In this document: positions 57,470-64,000 of the stretch, piece after piece
Numbering within the stretch: position 1 is the stretch's first letter
How the letters are laid out: each line of letters begins with the position of its first letter
Sequence record: SRR20825019_1681
Direction: 5' to 3' (one strand)
Length of the DNA stretch: 64,000 nt
Program-made: the position numbers and the translations under genes
Notes under the pieces: generated by a model
Told to the model about the DNA's origin: nothing
The model's input: the letters and a program-made list of their open reading frames with translations, nothing else
Database searches by the model: none

Positions 57470-60400
57470 ATGAGCGCATACGATCGATTAATTGGTCAAA
57501 TTGACGGCTTTATTCGAAAGTTTTATAAGAATCAAATCATAAAGGGAATTCTTCTTTTTGTGGGAATCTTGATATTAACGTACTTAACTGTAGTAACGTT
57601 AGAGTACTTCGGAAGATTTAATTCGTGGTTGAGGGCTGCACTGCTTTTCAGTTTTTTGGGAGTGAACGGTTTTCTACTTGGAAAATATATCATCATACCT
57701 TTTCTTAGATTGCGGTCTTTCGGAAAGCGGATCGATAGATATCAAGCATCTGAAATTATCGGAGGATTTTTCCCTGAGGTCTCTGATCGACTTCTAAATA
57801 CATTGCAATTACAGGATCAGTTAAATGAGAATTCAGCGGATTTTGAATTGTTGAGCGCGAGTGTTCAGCAAAGAAGTTCAAAGATGAGTGTAATGCCATT
57901 TGTGGATGCGATCGATATTGGCGAGAATAAGAAGTATTTGCGTTGGGTACTACCATTAGTGGCTGCTCTGTTTGTTATTGGAGTTTTTGCACCGTCTTTT
58001 TTTAAACAAGGAACAGAGAGAGTTCTTAATTTTTCGGAAGAGTTTAAAATTCCTGCACCGTTTGAGTTTTCATTTTTGGCAAAAGGACGTTCTGTTGAAG
58101 AAGGTCAGAATTTTCCATTTCAAGTAGAACTTGTGGGAAATAATATTCCTGATAAAGTGTACGTAAAAACCGCTCAAGGGAGATCATTACTTAAACGTGA
58201 GGCTAAGAACAAGTTTAGCGGTGAATTGGTTCAAGTACGAGAAAAGACAAAGATTCAGTTCGAAGCAAGTGAGTTTACGAGCGATACGTATGGGATAGAT
58301 GTTATTTCTAAAACGGCTATTGGAAAGATGCAAGCGACGCTTATTTTCCCTAAGTATTTGGGGATGGAGAATGAGGTTATTGACAACGCTTCTGACTTAG
58401 TTTTACCTGAGGGAACGGCTGTTGAATGGAGTGTTTTAACGAAGAATAGTAATGGAGTTGAATTTTCTTTGGGTGATGCACGCAAGGAGTTTAAGTCTGA
58501 CGGGTTTAAATACTCGAGTGTTGTTAAGAATGATATCGTTGGGTCGATTGTTCTAAAGAATAGTCAAACTGGAAAGAAAGATACGACTCGCTTCGAGATA
58601 GATGTGATCAAAGATATTTACCCTTCAATCGTTGTTGAAGAGGAGAAGGATAGCTTAAAAGATGGAGTGCGTTTTTTCAATGGAGTGGTTGGAGATGATC
58701 ATGGCCTTTCAGGATTGAAGTTTGTTTATACCATTACAAGTAAATCTGGTGCTGCAAGAACGGAATCAATGAAGGTTGGTGGTGTGTCTGGAACAGAATC
58801 ACAGTTTGATTTTGCCGTTGATTTTAGACGTGAAAAGATTGCTTTGGATGATAAAGTTGAGTACTATTTTATCGTTTCGGATAATGACGGAGTGAATGGG
58901 GCTAAATCCACTAAAAGTAGATCGTTCGTATATAAACTTCCATCTCTGGAAGATTTGAATGATCGTCGTGAGGAGGATCAAGAAAAGGCAAAAGAGAACC
59001 TAAATGCTGTGTTGAATAAGGTCGATCAGTTTAAAAAAGATTTGAAAAAACTGAAAAATGAAATCCGGGATTCAAAACAATCGAACTGGAGTAAAATGAA
59101 TCAAGTGGAGCAGTTGAAAGAGGATCAACGTTCGATTATACAGGACTTGCAAAAGATGCAGCAACAGATGGATAATTCGTTGGAAGAGAAGAATCAACTC
59201 TCTGAAATGGATAAAGAGTTGTTGGAAAAACAGGAAATGGTCAACGATTTACTCGAAGAGTTGATGGATGAGGAATTGAAAAATATGCTGGATGAACTTC
59301 AGAAGCTCATGGAAAAGAATGACCGTGAGAAGATGAAAGATGCAATGGACAAGATTGAAATGTCTGCTGAGGACATGAAAAGACAGTTGGATCGGAGTAT
59401 GGAAATGCTTAAGCGTCTTCAGGTGAATGAGAAAATCGATGATATTGAAGAGGAATTAAAGAAGTTATCTGAAGAGCAGGAGAAGTTGTCTGAGGATAAT
59501 AAGGACGGTGAAAAGGTGTCTGAACAGGACAAGAAGAAACAGGATGATTTGACTAAGAAGTTTGATGATTTAAAAGAGGATCTTCAAAAGTTGGATAGTC
59601 TTAATAATGAATTGAAGTCGCCAATGGATTTGGGTGATCCAGAGAAGAAGGGTGAAGATGTTTCGGAAGACCAAAAGGAAGCTAAGGATAAGTTGGATGG
59701 TAATAAATCTAAGAAGGCAAGTGAGTCTCAAAAGTCGGCCGCTGAGAAAATGAAAGAGATGGCAGAGTCGCTAGACGCTATGCAACAGGAATCGAATCAA
59801 GAACAACAAGCAGAGGATATGGAAATGCTTCGAAATATCTTGGAAAGCTTAATGACGCTTAGTTTTGATCAGGAAGATGTAATGGGGAGGTTGGCTAAAG
59901 TTCAAGATGGTGATCCAGCGTATAAGAAGTATAGCCGTCAGCAAAGAAAGATAGTTGATGACACAAAAGGGGTGCGTGATAGTTTGTATGCGCTTGCAGA
60001 GAGACAACCAAAAATTGCCACATTCATTGATGCTGAATTGACAACGATTCAAGAGAATCATAGATTGGCGTTAACGGATTTGGACGAATTTCAAGAGGCG
60101 AATAGTAGACGTAATTTGGCGACGCATCAACAGTTTGTAATGACATCTTACAATAACCTTGCACTGATGTTGAACGAAAGTCTGGAGCAAATGCAACAAC
60201 AGATGCAAGCTATGATGAAAGGCTCAGGTAGTTGTGATAAACCTGGAGGAAAAGGTTCTGGTAAGCCCGGAAATTCACCGAGCGACAAGATGGGCACAGG
60301 CGATATGAAAGAGATGTTAAAGCAGCAATTGGAGCAAATGAAGAAGGGTTCTAATCCGGGAGGAAACAAGCCTGGAGAGAAACCTGGGATGGGGCAAGGA

Positions 60401-60841
60401 GAAGGTGGAATGGGAATGGGGAATAAAGAAATTGCAAAAATGGCGGCTCAACAGGCAGCAATGAGAAAGCGCTTGGAAGAGATGCGAAAGGAAATGAATA
60501 AGGATGGTAATGGGATGGGGAATGGATTGAGTCCACTCATTAAAGAACTTGAAGAGCAGGAAAAGGATTTGGTAAATAAGCGATTTTCGAATAATTTAAT
60601 TCAGAGACAAAAGGACATTCTTACACGACTTTTAGAAAGTGAGAAGGCCATGATGGAAAGAGGTTGGGATGAGAAAAGGGAATCAAAAGAAGGAAAAAAT
60701 GAGAATTTAGGTAACCAAATACGGTTTGATCAGTATAACAAGGAAAAGTTAAAACAGATTGAATTATTACAAAGCGTAGATCCTTCATATAAGAAGTATT
60801 ATAAGGATAGAGCTAACGAGTATTTCAATCGTACGATGTAA
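57470..60841 (+). CDS. Large membrane-anchored coiled-coil protein (DUF4175-like)
   Basis: Three N-terminal TMs, beta-sandwich region (DD.GL...DND..NG.K), ~600 aa of Q/E/K/M-rich helices, G-rich linkers, RLLE.E.A motif. Confidence 0.75.
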   Translation: MSAYDRLIGQIDGFIRKFYKNQIIKGILLFVGILILTYLTVVTLEYFGRFNSWLRAALLFSFLGVNGFLLGKYIIIPFLRLRSFGKRIDRYQASEIIGGFFPEVSDRLLNTLQLQDQLNENSADFELLSASVQQRSSKMSVMPFVDAIDIGENKKYLRWVLPLVAALFVIGVFAPSFFKQGTERVLNFSEEFKIPAPFEFSFLAKGRSVEEGQNFPFQVELVGNNIPDKVYVKTAQGRSLLKREAKNKFSGELVQVREKTKIQFEASEFTSDTYGIDVISKTAIGKMQATLIFPKYLGMENEVIDNASDLVLPEGTAVEWSVLTKNSNGVEFSLGDARKEFKSDGFKYSSVVKNDIVGSIVLKNSQTGKKDTTRFEIDVIKDIYPSIVVEEEKDSLKDGVRFFNGVVGDDHGLSGLKFVYTITSKSGAARTESMKVGGVSGTESQFDFAVDFRREKIALDDKVEYYFIVSDNDGVNGAKSTKSRSFVYKLPSLEDLNDRREEDQEKAKENLNAVLNKVDQFKKDLKKLKNEIRDSKQSNWSKMNQVEQLKEDQRSIIQDLQKMQQQMDNSLEEKNQLSEMDKELLEKQEMVNDLLEELMDEELKNMLDELQKLMEKNDREKMKDAMDKIEMSAEDMKRQLDRSMEMLKRLQVNEKIDDIEEELKKLSEEQEKLSEDNKDGEKVSEQDKKKQDDLTKKFDDLKEDLQKLDSLNNELKSPMDLGDPEKKGEDVSEDQKEAKDKLDGNKSKKASESQKSAAEKMKEMAESLDAMQQESNQEQQAEDMEMLRNILESLMTLSFDQEDVMGRLAKVQDGDPAYKKYSRQQRKIVDDTKGVRDSLYALAERQPKIATFIDAELTTIQENHRLALTDLDEFQEANSRRNLATHQQFVMTSYNNLALMLNESLEQMQQQMQAMMKGSGSCDKPGGKGSGKPGNSPSDKMGTGDMKEMLKQQLEQMKKGSNPGGNKPGEKPGMGQGEGGMGMGNKEIAKMAAQQAAMRKRLEEMRKEMNKDGNGMGNGLSPLIKELEEQEKDLVNKRFSNNLIQRQKDILTRLLESEKAMMERGWDEKRESKEGKNENLGNQIRFDQYNKEKLKQIELLQSVDPSYKKYYKDRANEYFNRTM

Positions 60842-60851
60842 CAAGTTGTAT

Positions 60852-61268
60852 ATGAAAGAAGGATTTGTACTGGTTGATAAATTGTCTATCCCATCTGAGT
60901 TTTCGGCAATTTCTAAGGTAGAGACACTAGTGGATAACGTGTGTGAGAAGTTAGAAGTTAAGGAAGATTATTACGGGAATGTGTTGATCGCAGTAACAGA
61001 GGCGGTGAATAATGCGATTCAGCACGGGAATAAGCATGATGCATCAGTGAATGTTGAGCTTCATGTAGGTGACAAGGAGATGGATTTTTGTTTCAAAGTA
61101 AAGGATCATGGAACTGGTTTTGATTACAAGAATTTGCCAGACCCAACATCGCCAGAGAATATAGAAAAGGAGAATGGTCGAGGAATCTATTTAATGAAGT
61201 CGCTTGCAGAAGCAGTAGAGTTTGAAGATAGCGGCCGAAGTGTAAATATTTATTTTTCAAAAAAATGA
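60852..61268 (+). CDS. RsbW-like anti-sigma regulatory factor / Ser kinase (HATPase_c_2)
   Basis: EAVNNAI.HGN, D.G.GFD, LPDP and GRGIYLM motifs. Confidence 0.85.
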   Translation: MKEGFVLVDKLSIPSEFSAISKVETLVDNVCEKLEVKEDYYGNVLIAVTEAVNNAIQHGNKHDASVNVELHVGDKEMDFCFKVKDHGTGFDYKNLPDPTSPENIEKENGRGIYLMKSLAEAVEFEDSGRSVNIYFSKK

Positions 61269-61693
61269 TAGAAGTCTTTTTTGAAAGCACGGAAATTCTG
61301 GATGTGAGTCCGGAATTTTTTGTTTCATGGCTCTCTGTTTTGTGTGAAGCAGAGGAGAAGAGTTTGGGTGAATTAAGCATAGTGTTTTGTAGTGATGATT
61401 ACTTGTTAGAAATGAATAAGGAACACTTGCAACATGATTATTATACCGACATAATAACATTTGATTATACCGAGGAGAATGTTATTTCTGGTGATTTGTT
61501 TATTTCTGTAGACCGAGTTCGAGAGAATAGTAAGGAGTTTAATGAAATGTTTCACGTGGAACTTAATCGAGTTGTAGCTCATGGTGTTCTACATTTGATG
61601 GGGTATGGTGATAAAACCGACTCTGAAATTGAGACCATGAGAAATAAGGAGTCAATTGCGTTAAGTTTGATTGTTTCACGTGAAACAAACTAG
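61265..61693 (+). CDS. ybeY: rRNA maturation endoribonuclease YbeY
   Basis: N...L.HDY.TDIITF, GDLFIS and HGVLHLMGY.D motifs. Confidence 0.95.
   Translation: MIEVFFESTEILDVSPEFFVSWLSVLCEAEEKSLGELSIVFCSDDYLLEMNKEHLQHDYYTDIITFDYTEENVISGDLFISVDRVRENSKEFNEMFHVELNRVVAHGVLHLMGYGDKTDSEIETMRNKESIALSLIVSRETN
61548..61563. promoter_or_regulatory. parS site (one mismatch)
   Basis: TGTTTCACGTGGAACT; reverse complement AGTTCCACGTGAAACA versus consensus TGTTNCACGTGAAACA. Confidence 0.8.
61672..61687. promoter_or_regulatory. parS site (perfect palindrome)
   Basis: TGTTTCACGTGAAACA. Confidence 0.92.
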
Positions 61694-61714
61694 TAATAAA
61701 AAGAGTGGTACTTT

Positions 61715-61730
61715 TGTTCCACGTGAAACA
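61715..61730. promoter_or_regulatory. parS site
   Basis: TGTTCCACGTGAAACA, matching consensus TGTTNCACGTGAAACA. Confidence 0.92.
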
Positions 61731-61738
61731 AGTGAAGG

Positions 61739-63610
61739 ATGTTAAAAGAGTATGATGTAATTGTTGTTGGAGCAGGTCACGCAGGTTGCGAGGCTGCAAA
61801 TGCTGCAGGGAAGTTGGGGAGTTCGGTGTTGTTGATTACGATGAACATGAATACGATTGCTCAAATGAGTTGCAACCCGGCAATGGGAGGTGTGGCAAAA
61901 GGACAAATAGTGCGAGAAATCGATGCGCTCGGAGGTGGTTCTGGGATTGTGAGCGATTTGAGTGCGATTCAGTTTCGAATGCTGAACTTATCGAAAGGGC
62001 CCGCAATGTGGTCTCCAAGAACTCAGAACGATAGAATGAAGTTTGCCGAAGAGTGGCGTTTGTTGCTAGAAAGAAATCTGAATGTGGACTTCTGGCAAGA
62101 CATGTGCACAGGTCTTATCATTGAAGGGGATAAAGTGGTTGGTGTAAGAACGTCAATCGGAGTGGAGGTGAAAGGCAAGTCTGTTGTTCTCACAAATGGA
62201 ACATTCTTGAATGGATTGATCCACCTCGGTGAGAAACAATTTGGAGGCGGTCGCGCAGGTGAAAGAGCAGCTACTGGAATTACTGAAGATTTATTGAAGC
62301 TTGGCTTTGAGTCAGGGAGAATGAAAACGGGAACTCCACCGAGAGTGGATGGGCGTTCTCTGGATTACTCTAAAATGGACGAACAGTTCGGAGATGAAAA
62401 CCCATCAAAGTTTAGTTATTCAGATACTAAGCCATTATCAAAGCAGCGATCTTGTTTTATAACATATACCAATCCAGAAACACATGAACTGTTGAAGGAG
62501 GGGTTTGATCGTTCGCCGATGTTTAATGGCGCAATAAAAAGCAAGGGTCCGAGATATTGCCCGAGCATAGAGGACAAGATTAATCGATTCGCAGATCGAG
62601 ATAGACACCAAATTTTTGTGGAACCAGAAGGTTGGAACACGGTGGAAATTTATGTGAATGGATTTAGTACATCTTTACCTGAGGAGGTTCAAGATCGAGC
62701 AATGAGAGCAATTCCTGGATTTGAGAATGTGAAAATGTTTAGACCTGGATACGCGATAGAATACGATTACTTTCCGCCAACCCAACTTAAACATACTTTA
62801 GAAACGAAGTTGATCCAAAACCTGTATTTCGCAGGACAAATAAATGGAACGACTGGTTATGAAGAAGCGGCATGTCAAGGTTTGATGGCTGGAATTAACG
62901 CGCATCGTAAGGTTAAGGAGCAGGGAGACTTTATTCTAACACGAAGTGATGCGTACATCGGAGTGTTGATAGATGATCTAATTACAAAAGGAACGAAGGA
63001 GCCATACAGAATGTTTACCAGTCGTGCTGAGTATAGAATTCTGTTGAGACAAGATAATGCTGATTTAAGGTTAACTCCAATTGGTCATGCGATCGGATTG
63101 GCAAGTGACGAGTCAATGAATCGCGTTGAGCGGAAGTTAAGCGGAACTGATGCACTTAAAAAATCACTTAGAAAAGAAGGTGTAACTCCCGAACGGGCAA
63201 ACCCGATTCTGTTAAAAAGAGAAAGCGCGCCTATTTCACAACAGGTAAAGTTGAGTTCTCTTATTACACGACCAAATGTTACGATGCAGGATGTTCTTGA
63301 AATCGGAGACGAAAGTATGTCGTTGGCAAATGAGCTTTTGCTGAGTCATGTGGATATTTTAAGTCAAACGGAGATCCAACTGAAGTATGAAGGGTACATA
63401 ACACGTGAAGAAGACGTCGCGAAGAAGATGAATCGTTTAGAAGAGGTAAAAGTTCCGGAAGATTTGGATTACTATCAGCTAGCTAGTTTAAGTATGGAGG
63501 CAAAAGAAAAACTCTCTGCGCTTAAACCGGCAACTATTGGACAAGCATCTAGAGTTAGTGGTGTCTCGCCAAGTGATATTGCTGTATTACTTATCTTCTT
63601 AGGACGATAG
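61739..63610 (+). CDS. mnmG: tRNA uridine-5-carboxymethylaminomethyl modification enzyme MnmG (GidA)
   Basis: VVGAGHAGCEAA, MSCNPA.GG, KTGTPPR, GPRYCPSIEDK, AGQINGTTGYEEAA and EPYRMFTSRAEYR motifs. Confidence 0.99.
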   Translation: MLKEYDVIVVGAGHAGCEAANAAGKLGSSVLLITMNMNTIAQMSCNPAMGGVAKGQIVREIDALGGGSGIVSDLSAIQFRMLNLSKGPAMWSPRTQNDRMKFAEEWRLLLERNLNVDFWQDMCTGLIIEGDKVVGVRTSIGVEVKGKSVVLTNGTFLNGLIHLGEKQFGGGRAGERAATGITEDLLKLGFESGRMKTGTPPRVDGRSLDYSKMDEQFGDENPSKFSYSDTKPLSKQRSCFITYTNPETHELLKEGFDRSPMFNGAIKSKGPRYCPSIEDKINRFADRDRHQIFVEPEGWNTVEIYVNGFSTSLPEEVQDRAMRAIPGFENVKMFRPGYAIEYDYFPPTQLKHTLETKLIQNLYFAGQINGTTGYEEAACQGLMAGINAHRKVKEQGDFILTRSDAYIGVLIDDLITKGTKEPYRMFTSRAEYRILLRQDNADLRLTPIGHAIGLASDESMNRVERKLSGTDALKKSLRKEGVTPERANPILLKRESAPISQQVKLSSLITRPNVTMQDVLEIGDESMSLANELLLSHVDILSQTEIQLKYEGYITREEDVAKKMNRLEEVKVPEDLDYYQLASLSMEAKEKLSALKPATIGQASRVSGVSPSDIAVLLIFLGR

Positions 63611-63637
63611 TCCATAAATACCAGCATAAAATTTTAG

Positions 63638-63670
63638 AATCCCTTCACTGAAAAGTGGCAGGGATTTTTT
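63638..63670 (+). terminator. Intrinsic terminator after mnmG
   Basis: AATCCCT.CACT-GAAA-AGTG..AGGGATT hairpin followed by a T run. Confidence 0.7.
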
Positions 63671-64000
63671 CATGTCTTTTATTTGGGTTGAAGCCCAGTA
63701 TGAAATGCCATCTTCATTTTTCAATGGACGAACCTTTTCATTCAACTATCAGTATTGAGAATTTTTAATTCTGATCTTATTAAATGGTTTTAGGTTGCTC
63801 TTTTTATTTCTAGACGTACTTAGTTTATGGTGGAGCATTTAAAGTCTCGGGATGCTATTTTTCGGTTGGAATAAAATAGATGACGGATTGCTTTCAAAAA
63901 CAGAATTGGGAATTCGTAGTCGGTTTATTGATTTTCGTCTCAGGAGAATTGGAAAATATGATTTTTTTCTGGTCGGATTCCTTTAAAACGACCATTTTCG

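Noticed and set aside
203-62640. Numerous 60-140-aa ORFs antisense or out of frame within long genes
   Set aside because: They are fully nested in well-supported CDS, carry no motifs, and are the expected shadow ORFs.
63880-64000. Open frame from ATG 63880 running off the window end
   Set aside because: Only 40 codons are visible, with no recognisable motif; it cannot be supported.

Overview
A 64-kb stretch of mostly core chromosome from a Bacteroidota organism, probably Flavobacteriales. The assignment rests on TAnnTTTG -7 promoters, gldH, a PorP/SprF protein with type-B T9SS cargo, and many signal peptides followed by Gln. It holds about 55 CDS (pheS, gltX, holB, rnr, rpiB, folB, ybeY, mnmG, ferritin, an ftsE-like ATPase and others) and a tRNA-Cys(GCA). 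I saw no integrase, transposase, prophage, CRISPR array or defence system. The window appears to span the replication origin: a 720-bp gene-free gap (42757-43476) has tandem DnaA-box-like 9-mers next to a GCC and an AT-rich tract, and three parS palindromes lie in ybeY and upstream of mnmG. There are three main candidates for undescribed systems. (1) An ECF sigma factor whose coupled, membrane-anchored putative anti-sigma ends in a type IX secretion C-terminal signal, suggesting secretion-coupled gene regulation. (2) A TonB-dependent receptor operon with a YfiR-like domain held on a ~155-residue periplasmic coiled coil above a histidine kinase. (3) A beta-propeller sensor fused to both a class III adenylate cyclase and an HD hydrolase. 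Two REP-like palindrome clusters and a possible membrane-lipid-modifying operon are also noted. All family assignments come from recognising motifs by eye; no database searches were run.
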